Shown here: one piece after another, positions 8,010 through 15,784 of the stretch
How positions within the stretch are numbered: position 1 is the stretch's first letter
Layout: every line of letters starts with the position of its first letter
Assembly (NCBI GenBank): GCA_016205145.1
Contig: JACQJH010000002.1
Coordinates: forward strand, 480,001 to 512,000
DNA from: Candidatus Iainarchaeum sp.
GTDB taxonomy: Archaea > Iainarchaeota > Iainarchaeia > Iainarchaeales > JACQJH01
Direction of reading: 5' to 3'
DNA length: 32,000 nt
The notes under the pieces: generated by a model
Seen by the model: only the letters and a program-made list of their open reading frames with translations
What the model was told of the DNA's origin: nothing
Databases searched by the model: none
Made by a program: the position numbers and the translations under genes

Positions 8010-9284
8010 TTGGAATCCTTTGACTGCGATTTGCATTTCCACGGCCTGTATGCCGGCGGGGTTTCAAAATTCATGACAATCCCGGTGATAGCGGATCAGG
8101 CCAAGCTGAAGGGCCTCAGCCTGGTTTCCACTGCCGACATCACTCACAGGAAATGGTTCGAACATGTCAAGGAAAACCTTGTCGAAGAGGAAAACGGCGT
8201 GTTTTCGGACAAGGCGGGAAAAACGCATTTTGTCGTTGGCACCGAGGTCGAGGATTCGAAGCGCGTGCACCATCTGCTGTTTTTTCCCGACCTTTCCTCG
8301 GCGCAGACTTTCAGGGAAAAAGTTGCGAGGTTCGGCGTACTTGACTGCGTGATGTGCGGCAGGCCAAAACTCAGGCTTTCCGCTGAAACGATTGCGGAAA
8401 TCGCGGACGGCTGCGGCGGCATTTTCGGGCCCGCGCATTCCTTCACGCCTTACACCGGCATTTACGCGCATTTTGATTCATTGAAGCAGGCGTATGGCCA
8501 GATGCATGAAAAGCTTTCTTTCATCGAGCTTGGGTTGAGCGCGGACTCGTATTTTGCGGACCTGATCCAGGAAAACCATGATTATGCGTTTCTCACTGCA
8601 TCGGACAGCCACAGCCCGTGGCCTTACCGGATTGGAAGGGAGTTCTCGCGCATGAAACTCAAAAAGCCGTGCTTTGACGAAATCAAAAAGGCTTTGGCCA
8701 GCCGGGGCGAAGGACTCATTGAACTGAATGTCGGCTTGGACCCGCGCGAAGGAAAATACCATGCGACTGCCTGCAATGCCTGCTTTGCAAGGTTTTCCGC
8801 GGAAGACGCGAAAAGGTTTGACTGGAAATGCCCGAAATGCAGGGGCCAGATAAAAAAAGGGGTCAAGGACCGCATACTTGAGCTTGCGTCTTTCAGCCAG
8901 GAAATCCACCCGGATTTCCGGCCGGAATACTTCCATGCAATTCCGCTCGCCGAAATAATCCAGCTCGCATTGGGGGCGAAGGATGTCAAGGCAAAGGAAG
9001 TGCAGGGCCTGTGGCTTGAAATGGTTGAAAGGCTCGGGCCTGAAACCGGAATCCTTGTCGACGAACCCATTGTTTCGGTTTCAGAGATAAACGAAAGCGT
9101 TGCCAAAAAAGTTGAAAGCTTCCGCAACGGCTGGGTCCACTACATTCCCGGCGGCGGGGGAAACTATGGCAGGCCGGTCATCTGCGATTCAAAGGAAGAG
9201 TTTGAAACAAAAAAGCTGGAACTCGAAAGGCAGGAAAAAGGCTTTGGCATGAAAGGCCAGAAAACCCTGAAAGAATTCGAGTGA
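8010..9284 (+). CDS. endoQ: Endonuclease Q-like protein (PHP-domain nuclease with zinc ribbon)
   Basis: N-terminal DLHFHG and STADITH PHP-type metal motifs, plus TASDSHSP. CNAC...CPKC zinc finger. About 424 aa, as in archaeal EndoQ. TTG is the only start codon in the open frame, because an in-frame stop lies at 7995-7997. Confidence 0.65.
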   Translation: MESFDCDLHFHGLYAGGVSKFMTIPVIADQAKLKGLSLVSTADITHRKWFEHVKENLVEEENGVFSDKAGKTHFVVGTEVEDSKRVHHLLFFPDLSSAQTFREKVARFGVLDCVMCGRPKLRLSAETIAEIADGCGGIFGPAHSFTPYTGIYAHFDSLKQAYGQMHEKLSFIELGLSADSYFADLIQENHDYAFLTASDSHSPWPYRIGREFSRMKLKKPCFDEIKKALASRGEGLIELNVGLDPREGKYHATACNACFARFSAEDAKRFDWKCPKCRGQIKKGVKDRILELASFSQEIHPDFRPEYFHAIPLAEIIQLALGAKDVKAKEVQGLWLEMVERLGPETGILVDEPIVSVSEINESVAKKVESFRNGWVHYIPGGGGNYGRPVICDSKEEFETKKLELERQEKGFGMKGQKTLKEFE

Positions 9285-9320
9285 GCGGGAAAACAAGGAA
9301 ACTGCAGAACTGCAGACGTG

Positions 9321-10109
9321 TCATCGGACGTAAGTGAGGTCTTCGTCGGAATCAGCTTCGACTTCTTCCTGCTGCGCGATTTCAAGCTGCTTTGAGAGTT
9401 CCGCAAAAGCCTTTTCGATTTCCTTGGACTCTTTCTCGATGCGGCTCATGTCGACCGTGAAGCCGAACTTCTGCACAAGCAGGGCCAAAACCCTTTTAGC
9501 CGCGCCGTGGTCGCCGTAAACAAGGTTCGCGTTCGTTTCGCCCATCAGGCAGGCGCCGTCCATTCCTTTTTCCTTTGCAATGCCGAGAAGAAGGCCTGCC
9601 GCGCCGCTGATGAGGCCTTCGCGCGTGTCCGCCTTTCCGCCTACGTCAACAAAATCCTTCAAGGCCTTCTTGGAGGTTGCGGCTACAACGACTTCCGGGT
9701 CCTTGTTCATGCGCGCGCTGCCGATGTTTATTCCGGCAAGCGTGAAAATCCTTTTCACCCCAAGCTTCTGGCAGGCCCCCACAACGGTTTCCGCGAACTC
9801 GTAGTGTTCCTCTGAAAAGCCGCCGGCCATGTCAAGCGACGGCTGAACAGGCCCGGCCAAAAAAATGAAAGCCGTGCCCTTCACGTTTGACGCGAACATC
9901 TCGTCCTTGATGAGCTCGACAATGGAATCCTTTGTGTAAACGCTCGGCGGGAACGAATCGGAATAGATTTCCGCGACCTTCTCGGTTTTCAGCTGCTTCA
10001 AAAGGTAATCGACGCAGATTTTTCCGACCAGGCCTATGCCGGGCAGGCCGGTTATCATGACCGCGTTCTTGAATTTTTTCTTTTTCAGGAATTTTATGAC
10101 AGTGGCCAT
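9321..10109 (-). CDS. PAC2-family proteasome assembly chaperone (PbaA/PbaB-like)
   Basis: Has VMITGLPGIGLVGKICVDYLL and SDSFPPSVY, typical of the PAC2/ATP-grasp-like family, with an acidic C-terminal tail. ATG 10109 lies 7 nt after the aIF2-alpha stop. The listed TTG at 10136 is less likely. Confidence 0.6.
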   Translation of the reverse strand: MATVIKFLKKKKFKNAVMITGLPGIGLVGKICVDYLLKQLKTEKVAEIYSDSFPPSVYTKDSIVELIKDEMFASNVKGTAFIFLAGPVQPSLDMAGGFSEEHYEFAETVVGACQKLGVKRIFTLAGINIGSARMNKDPEVVVAATSKKALKDFVDVGGKADTREGLISGAAGLLLGIAKEKGMDGACLMGETNANLVYGDHGAAKRVLALLVQKFGFTVDMSRIEKESKEIEKAFAELSKQLEIAQQEEVEADSDEDLTYVR

Positions 10110-10116
10110 TCCAGCA

Positions 10117-10884
10117 TCACGCCCTCTTGAACTCAAAGCTGCCGTTGGGTTTCACAGCCGACTCGATTGCCGAAGACACCTGCTTCAATGCGTGCTCGGA
10201 AACCTTGAAATCATGCGACGTAATCTTCACGGAATACTTGCCGCCGCCCGAATAAAAGAGTTCGACCTGCACGCCTTTCGGGGAAGCGGACTCGCCTTTC
10301 AGCATCGCATTCCTGACGACGCTCACGCCGTCAGAATCAAAGCTGTGCAAAACAAAAAATCCGCCGACCGACTTTTTCGGAATCTCAATGCTTTTTTTGA
10401 CAAGCTCGACAAACTGCTTGCGCACCGATGAATCGACCGATGACGCGGCTTCCTCGCCGTGAATCGCAATCTCAGGCATTGCGTCAAAAAAAGTGCCGTA
10501 CTCGGCTTCAAGGGGCTTGACGATTTTCAGCTGGGCGTCGGCAATGGAAATCCCCGCCAGCCTTGCAAACTGCTCGAGGAGCTTTGCAGACCTTTTCTCC
10601 TGCTTCACGGATTCGATTTTCTGCCTCTGCTGTTCAGTTGAAACCTTTGCGAACGACAATTCGACCTGGCCTTCTACCTTGCCGCGCCCCATGACCTTTG
10701 CAGCGCGCACCTGGCCTTCCTTGACAAAATTGCGGATATTCTTAATCCAGCTCGTGGCAACCTGGGAAATGTGCACAAAGCCCTCTATGCCGGGATACTC
10801 TTCGAGTTCCACCATCACGCCGAAGTTCATTACCTTGCGGATCTTGCAGACGACTATTTCGTTGACTTCAGGCATTTTCGGCAT
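10117..10884 (-). CDS. eif2a: Translation initiation factor aIF2 alpha subunit
   Basis: N-terminal S1 domain (VVCKIRKVMNFGVMVELEEYPGIEGFVHISQVA). Length and domain order match aIF2-alpha. A second ATG lies at 10875. Confidence 0.8.
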   Translation of the reverse strand: MPKMPEVNEIVVCKIRKVMNFGVMVELEEYPGIEGFVHISQVATSWIKNIRNFVKEGQVRAAKVMGRGKVEGQVELSFAKVSTEQQRQKIESVKQEKRSAKLLEQFARLAGISIADAQLKIVKPLEAEYGTFFDAMPEIAIHGEEAASSVDSSVRKQFVELVKKSIEIPKKSVGGFFVLHSFDSDGVSVVRNAMLKGESASPKGVQVELFYSGGGKYSVKITSHDFKVSEHALKQVSSAIESAVKPNGSFEFKRA

Positions 10885-10936
10885 AAAAACCAGAACAAAA
10901 GAATTGCAACAAAAACAGTATTTTAAAGGAATATGT

Positions 10937-11139
10937 AGCCGTCACGCCCGGCTAGTGCGAACTAAGGCTTATCATGGCAAAATCGCGATTTTGCCATGTG
11001 CCCGGAATCTTGGGATTCCGGTGCATGCCGCTGCAATAAGCCGAGTAAGCTTTTTGCAAATAAGTGGCGTTGCAACAGCAACGCCACGCAAGGGGCGTGC
11101 GAGGGGCGAAAGCCCCTGCCTGCGCGCTGTTGCGCGTGA
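10937..11139. repeat. Approx 200-nt nested array of hairpin modules
   Basis: H3-like 10937-10953. Outer stem GGCTTAT (10966-10972) pairs with ATAAGCC (11036-11042) and encloses the 26-nt palindrome H5 (10973-10998) and H4 (11002-11021). Inverse tactcgg at 11041-11047. H1 11064-11087. Inverse H6 11099-11119. Inverse H7 11120-11138. Confidence 0.85.
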
Positions 11140-11183
11140 CAAACCAAACAATAGATGAGACTCGCGAAGGAAGTAGCAAGATT

Positions 11184-11741
11184 TTATTTTTCAACTACAA
11201 GCTTTCTTGACATAAGCAGTTCCGCGATCTTCTGCGGCAGTGGAATGACTTCGCCCTTCGAAAACGGCCCGTATTCCTTCATGTCGGTTCCGACAAAAGC
11301 AGGCACGTCCTTCAGCACGGAAAACAGTTCGCCGGAAGACGCCTCGGCAATGGAAAAGCTTTGGGTTTCACCGTCAAACAGTTCGGCAAGCGACTTCCTG
11401 TGCTCCGCCATCAGTTTGAGCAGTTCAATGAACGTCGCCTTTTCTTCGGAGGACACTTTCTGCAGGGCAACATCCCCGGTCCTTGACGCCACAAGCGCGC
11501 GGTTCAGGAGCTTTTTTTCGCGCAAGGCAAAGATTTCCTGCACCATTTTCTTGAGGTTCGAAAAATTCCTCGCCTTTGAAGTGGAAATGTCGCGCAAAGA
11601 CTTCAGGTATTCCTCTTTTTCGGCTTTCATGAAGGCGTTGAGCTTTTCGAAGAAATCGTCGTCAACTTCGACAAGCTTGGAAGTGTTCTTTTCAAGCCTG
11701 TAAATGCGCCTAAGCTCGTCGTATGAAACGTTCAAAGCCAA
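11184..11741 (-). CDS. gins51: GINS subunit, Gins51 (Gins15)-type
   Basis: 185 aa. N-terminus SYDELRRIYRLEK and C-terminus VLKDVPAFVGTDMKEYGPFSKGEVIPLPQKIAELL match the archaeal Gins51 pattern. Lies directly downstream of priS. Apparent TTG start with a TATA-like box at 11769-11776. Confidence 0.6.
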   Translation of the reverse strand: MALNVSYDELRRIYRLEKNTSKLVEVDDDFFEKLNAFMKAEKEEYLKSLRDISTSKARNFSNLKKMVQEIFALREKKLLNRALVASRTGDVALQKVSSEEKATFIELLKLMAEHRKSLAELFDGETQSFSIAEASSGELFSVLKDVPAFVGTDMKEYGPFSKGEVIPLPQKIAELLMSRKLVVEK

Positions 11742-11789
11742 CCCCGAACAAAGAATGCTACAAAAACTGTTTAATAGATATTGCAGGGC

Positions 11790-13001
11790 CTAAACAGGCT
11801 TTGCCCTGCCCGAAGCGACCAAAAATATCGCAGCGGACAGCGGAAGTTCCGTTTCAGCCTTGCGCATTTCCGCAAACTTTTCCCCTTTCAGGGAAAATTC
11901 CGGCGAAAAATCCACGAAAACCTTGGCGGGCTCGCGCCCGAAAACAACCGCGTCGGAGAAAGGGTCAAACTGTTTCAGCGCATCCAATGAAACTCTTTTC
12001 GCCTGGAAGCCCGTGCCGCCATGCAAAGTGTCGGGAACGCGCAGGATCTTGCTCTTGTCAAGCGAAGTCTGCCTGTCGACATTGAATGATTCGCACAAAA
12101 CCGTGAAATCGAAAATCTTTGGCCAGAAATCCTTTGTGTTCCTGCCCGAAGGCGAAACGAGGATGCCTTGCGAAAGCTTTTCAAGAAAATTGTCCCTTCC
12201 AGCCAAAAGTTCTTCGGCTTTTTTCTTGCTTATCCCGCCGATTGCCGCGACCTTTTCCGCGTTGCCCGCGCTGAAAAGGCTTTCAATGCCGGACAGGATT
12301 TTTTTCTGCCAGCCGAGGGCAATCTTCTTTTGCGGGCAATGGAATGCCTTGCCGATGCGCACAAATCCAAGTGCAGTGAGGTTGACGGAATGGCCAGTTA
12401 GATAGTCGAGCAGTTCTATGCGCCCGGCATGCGGCAAAGCGTTGATTTCCTCGCCGCGCAAATGCACGTGGTATCCGGCATTGCCCGAGAAGTTCACGTC
12501 AAAGCCTGAAAACCCGAAGTCTTCCTCAAGCGCTTTGACAAGGCGAAAAACCTGGCTTTTGGTTTCGCCAAGGCATTCGTTGCAGAACATCTGCTTTACA
12601 GAGACAGGCGAACCGCAGGACGTGCAGTTCTCCACTTTTCCCGGGCCGCTGGAAAAACATTTCGGGCACAGCCAATAGTCATGGCGCTGCTTGCAGTCTG
12701 TCTGAATGTCGTCGGCGTCGAATTCATAGACGAGGTCGGCTGAAATGAAGCCTTTTGCTTCAATCGGCCTCGCCGCCGGCATTTTGTATTTTGCGCCCGA
12801 ATAGGATACGAACAGCGGCACTTCTGAGCGGAGGAAAGCGTTGAATGCGTCATGGCTTGGAAATGCAAGGTGCCTCTGCGAAATCTTCAGGCCGAAAATG
12901 CCGCAGCCGAACTCCCTTTTCTCCGGTTCGGGCGGCTGGGAAACGAAATTTTTTTCGTAAAACTGCCTGAAATGCTGTTTCAGGAAATCCTCGGCACGCA
13001 T
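11790..13001 (-). CDS. priS: DNA primase small (catalytic) subunit PriS
   Basis: Has KREFG, DLVYEFDADD and FSGNAGYHVHL catalytic motifs, plus a Cys-rich zinc module (CPKC...CTSC). Confidence 0.85.
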   Translation of the reverse strand: MRAEDFLKQHFRQFYEKNFVSQPPEPEKREFGCGIFGLKISQRHLAFPSHDAFNAFLRSEVPLFVSYSGAKYKMPAARPIEAKGFISADLVYEFDADDIQTDCKQRHDYWLCPKCFSSGPGKVENCTSCGSPVSVKQMFCNECLGETKSQVFRLVKALEEDFGFSGFDVNFSGNAGYHVHLRGEEINALPHAGRIELLDYLTGHSVNLTALGFVRIGKAFHCPQKKIALGWQKKILSGIESLFSAGNAEKVAAIGGISKKKAEELLAGRDNFLEKLSQGILVSPSGRNTKDFWPKIFDFTVLCESFNVDRQTSLDKSKILRVPDTLHGGTGFQAKRVSLDALKQFDPFSDAVVFGREPAKVFVDFSPEFSLKGEKFAEMRKAETELPLSAAIFLVASGRAKPV

Positions 13002-13025
13002 GCAAGCATTCTTTGCCTAAAAGTA

Positions 13026-13033
13026 ATAAAAAA
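13026..13033 (-). promoter_or_regulatory. TATA-like box (TTTTATTA) for priS, leaderless geometry
   Basis: 24 nt upstream of ATG 13001. Confidence 0.4.
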
Positions 13034-13055
13034 GGTGCCGGGCACCCAACACAAA

Positions 13056-13112
13056 GCAGATGGGTATTGCAATGGCAATACCCGTCGTCGAACCAGCCGG
13101 ACGAAACCGGCT
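13056..13112 (+). repeat. Modular hairpin repeat unit (linker gcagatgg, H1, linker cgtcgtcg-aacc, H3)
   Basis: GGGTATTGC aatg GCAATACCC (13062-13083). AGCCGG acgaaa CCGGCT (13095-13112) ends immediately before the stop codon complement at 13113-13115. Confidence 0.85.
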
Positions 13113-13328
13113 TCAGCCGCGCTTTGAGCCTATTATGGACGCAGATGAAAGTATTGCCGCCGACAGCACAACAAAGTTCGCTTCGGGCGAGAAACCCAGG
13201 AGCTTTGCCGCAATCGAGATTATCGCAAGGTTTATGCCGAATGAAACCAGTCCGACGACCAGAAGCACGAACGCAGTCAAAACCACAAACGCAAGAGTTC
13301 CGACGCCAAGAGAAGCCCAGAAGCCCAT
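13113..13328 (-). CDS. Small hydrophobic protein (2 predicted TM helices)
   Basis: 71 aa from ATG 13328. SD-like GGGGTGG (13334-13340) lies 5 nt upstream. No recognisable family. Confidence 0.45.
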   Translation of the reverse strand: MGFWASLGVGTLAFVVLTAFVLLVVGLVSFGINLAIISIAAKLLGFSPEANFVVLSAAILSSASIIGSKRG

Positions 13329-13385
13329 CAAAACCACCCCAAAAAAAGCCGAAGCTTTCAGGAAGAATGAAAAGCGGAAAAATTT

Positions 13386-14516
13386 TTAAACGCTGTTTTC
13401 CGTGCTTTTTGGAAGCGGGGTTGCCGCAGTGCCATCATTGGCTGCTTTTTCCACGCCATTGGCGTTGCCCGTGCCATCCGTGCCGGCCGGGGCTGGCGGG
13501 GCGTTTTTTTTGCCGGAATCCTTTTTCAGTTCGCGCTGGTAAAACGAGACGGGATGGGAAACATTGCAGTCTTTTCCTTTCGGGCAAAAGCCGTATTCCC
13601 TGACTTTTTTGCACGCCGGCGCGGACATCTGCTTTCCTACAATCCTCTTGACCTGGTATGCGGTCATCTTGCGGCTGAAATTCGGGGTTTTCGAGTAAAG
13701 CTCGACTATGTCCTCTTCGGGCATGCCGATTGACGACAAGAAGGCGGCAATGAAAAACCTGCCCATGTGCGGAACGTTTTTCCCTTCCAGCAAATCAGAG
13801 TAAAGCGATGCCATGCAGTCCGGAAAAAGGTTGGGGTCGATTTTGCCCGACAGCTTGAGCTCGAAATCGCGTTCGCGCAAAGAGTTGAGGTGCGAGGAAA
13901 CCTGCGACGCAATGCGCTTGAACGCGTTCGGCACTGCCGGCTGTTGGCCGGAAACGGATTCGAAAACGTTCCAGTAAACCTTTTCCGCCAGGAAATGGCA
14001 GAACCCATTCTCGTCGAAAAAAACCCTGCCATCGGAAACCTTCTGGTTGACAAGCTTGAGGCTTTCGTCCCTGAAGCCTATGGACAGAAAATCCGGCAAT
14101 GCAACTGAAACGAAAAAATCGGGGGAATCGGAAAGCGATGCGCTTATGCCAAGTTCGCCTGCAAGCTCCTGCGATGCCTTGCCGCGGTCCGGCTCATCCT
14201 GCAAATTCTTAAACGTGTTTTTTGCGGTCCACGAGGCGAACTTCTTGTCCGCCTGCCCGTTTTTCATCTGCCCGAGAATGATTTTGGCGGCCGGAAAAGC
14301 CATTATTTCGCGTTCAAGGATTTCCTCCGATGAAACGTGTTCCAGGGGCTGCTGCTTGTCCTTCCACGCGCTCACGATCATGAAGACCGCGCGCTCTATT
14401 ACGGGCCTGTTCTCGGCGGTTTCGTCAAGCGAAACATTGCTGTCCTTCAGTATGCGCATTGCGGCTGAGGAAAAAGGGTATTTCTGCGCGAACAAAAGAT
14501 CCTGCGAAACCGGCAT
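13386..14516 (-). CDS. priL: DNA primase large subunit PriL
   Basis: Has YPFS near the N-terminus. FPDCM...HMGRFFIAAFL...YQVKRIVG...CKKV...GFC...C is the PriL Fe-S domain pattern. ATG 14516 is preferred because the TATA-like box at 14541-14548 lies 24 nt upstream. The listed ATG 14552 would include that box. Confidence 0.8.
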   Translation of the reverse strand: MPVSQDLLFAQKYPFSSAAMRILKDSNVSLDETAENRPVIERAVFMIVSAWKDKQQPLEHVSSEEILEREIMAFPAAKIILGQMKNGQADKKFASWTAKNTFKNLQDEPDRGKASQELAGELGISASLSDSPDFFVSVALPDFLSIGFRDESLKLVNQKVSDGRVFFDENGFCHFLAEKVYWNVFESVSGQQPAVPNAFKRIASQVSSHLNSLRERDFELKLSGKIDPNLFPDCMASLYSDLLEGKNVPHMGRFFIAAFLSSIGMPEEDIVELYSKTPNFSRKMTAYQVKRIVGKQMSAPACKKVREYGFCPKGKDCNVSHPVSFYQRELKKDSGKKNAPPAPAGTDGTGNANGVEKAANDGTAATPLPKSTENSV

Positions 14517-14540
14517 ACAGGGAAGAATGCCTGAAAAACA

Positions 14541-14548
14541 ATAAATAA
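14541..14548 (-). promoter_or_regulatory. TATA-like box (TTATTTAT) for priL
   Basis: 24 nt upstream of ATG 14516. Confidence 0.35.
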
Positions 14549-14628
14549 CCATCCCGGACGCTAAAAGCTTAAAAGCCGGCAGACGAAAATGCTTATGGCC
14601 GAAAGGCGAAAACCTGAACGTGGAAGAA

Positions 14629-14982
14629 ATGCCAGCAAGAACAGAGAGAAACGGAAACAGAAACGGGCGGCCGGAAAAGCCAAAGCCGGCAAGACTCGGA
14701 TTTTTTTTGCGAAGGAAAGCGGTTTCCGCCGAAAGAAGACTTTCAGCACAGGTGGCCGATGTTCAACTGCTGGAAAAGCGACTTGCCGGGGAAGAAAACG
14801 ACGACAAGCGCAACGCCCTGCAGGCAATGCTTGGCTTGCGCCGGAAACAAGCTGCTTCGGCAATCCGCAGGGAAATGCCCGCACTCGAAGAAATGGCGGG
14901 AAGGCTCGAAGGCCTGCAGTCGGAAGAAGCGGAGCGCATTGCGCAAAAAATCAGGCAAATCATTGAATTCGGGCAGAATTGA
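14629..14982 (+). CDS. Possible small basic / coiled-coil protein, start uncertain
   Basis: The C-terminal approx 76 codons (from GTG 14752: VADVQLLEKRLAGEENDDKRNALQAMLGLRRKQ...AERIAQKIRQIIEFGQN) look coding. The N-terminal part is Arg/Lys-rich and contains a hairpin plus T8 run (14670-14708), which argues against the long form. Confidence 0.3.
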   Translation: MPARTERNGNRNGRPEKPKPARLGFFLRRKAVSAERRLSAQVADVQLLEKRLAGEENDDKRNALQAMLGLRRKQAASAIRREMPALEEMAGRLEGLQSEEAERIAQKIRQIIEFGQN

Positions 14983-14986
14983 AAAC

Positions 14987-14995
14987 AAAAAAAAA
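14987..14995 (-). terminator. Oligo-T (T9 in minus sense) terminator after PCNA-A
   Basis: A9 on the plus strand lies 3 nt beyond the stop at 14999. Confidence 0.5.
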
Positions 14996-14998
14996 CGG

Positions 14999-15724
14999 TC
15001 AGAGTATCATGTGCGCCAGGTAAAAGTTTATTTCGGAGTCGCCGATCGGATACGAGATTTTCATCGGCGAATCGGTCTTGAGCTCAAGCAGGATTTTTTT
15101 GTCCGCGTCGGCCTCGCGCACGATGTTCTGCAAAAAATTCAGGGAATACTTGCTTTGGGTGTCGGCCGAGCTTTTCACGGAAACGCTTTTCCCGTTCGAC
15201 TGGTCGCTGCGCATAGTTCCCTGGCTGCCCTTCGCCTCGATTGAAAGCTTGCCTTTTTTCACGTTTATGACGGCTGCGCTGCCGAACAAGGCAGCGTCTT
15301 TCAGGACTTCCCTGAAAATGCGCGCATTGATCTCGATGTGCGAGTCGAAGCCCACCTGCGGAACCTTCGGCTCTTCCTCGGAAACGTCTATGAGCGGCAG
15401 GCTGAATTTTCTCACCAGGTCGCCTTCAAAGGTCAAAGCCATCTCGTTTTCCGTAAGGTCGAGAACCATCCTGTCGCCGGGCAGTGCGCGCAGCATTATT
15501 TTGGACAGCTCGGAAATGTCGACTCCTGCAAAAGCCGGCTCGACAGCATACCTGTCAAAAATCTTTTTGTCAAGGAAAAGGTCGACCAGCACAATCTGGC
15601 TTGGGTCGATTGCCCTGAACAAAACGCCCTTGTCGGAAAAATGGAAATTGCCCTCCGAAATGAACGATGAAATCGCCTGCACCGCCTTCTGCCACGAATC
15701 AAGCTTTTTGAGTTCAATCGCCAT
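14999..15724 (-). CDS. pcn: DNA polymerase sliding clamp PCNA, paralog A
   Basis: 241 aa. Has AIDPSQIVLVDL, VRKFSLPLIDVS and SKYSLNFLQNIV. The C-terminus FYLAHMIL is a variant of the usual LAPRI ending. Confidence 0.8.
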   Translation of the reverse strand: MAIELKKLDSWQKAVQAISSFISEGNFHFSDKGVLFRAIDPSQIVLVDLFLDKKIFDRYAVEPAFAGVDISELSKIMLRALPGDRMVLDLTENEMALTFEGDLVRKFSLPLIDVSEEEPKVPQVGFDSHIEINARIFREVLKDAALFGSAAVINVKKGKLSIEAKGSQGTMRSDQSNGKSVSVKSSADTQSKYSLNFLQNIVREADADKKILLELKTDSPMKISYPIGDSEINFYLAHMIL

Positions 15725-15746
15725 TCAAGTCAGAGATAAGTAAAGC

Positions 15747-15763
15747 AAAATATTGTTTAAATT
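15747..15763. promoter_or_regulatory. Back-to-back TATA-like boxes of a divergent promoter pair
   Basis: AATATTTT in minus sense (15747-15754) is 22 nt from ATG 15724. TTTAAATT (15756-15763) is 21 nt from ATG 15785. Confidence 0.4.
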
Positions 15764-15784
15764 GTTTTGCTGGCAACCATCTGC

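Noticed and set aside
9301-9316. Tandem actgcaga-actgcaga (two CTGCAG palindromes) between the convergent EndoQ-like and PAC2 genes
   Set aside because: It is very short, a single occurrence, and unrelated to the hairpin family. It is probably incidental.
9321-9335. PAC2 chaperone C-terminus ...DLTYVR as a proteasome-binding HbYX motif
   Set aside because: HbYX requires Tyr at the penultimate position. Here Tyr is third from the end, so the motif is not satisfied as written.
13013-13603. 196-aa plus-strand ORF, and the recurrent peptides NQPDETGF and APRSRNC seen in several listed ORFs (481-732, 2545-3279, 6404-6613, 7341-7928)
   Set aside because: These peptides are just translations of the repeated hairpin modules H3 and H2. 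Their recurrence reflects DNA repeats, not a protein family. They do inflate ORF N-termini and could mislead automated annotation.
14561-14884. 107-aa minus-strand ORF in the priL / PCNA-A spacer
   Set aside because: It has Arg/Phe/Cys/Leu-rich non-protein-like composition and overlaps the more coding-like plus-strand frame. It has no promoter or SD.
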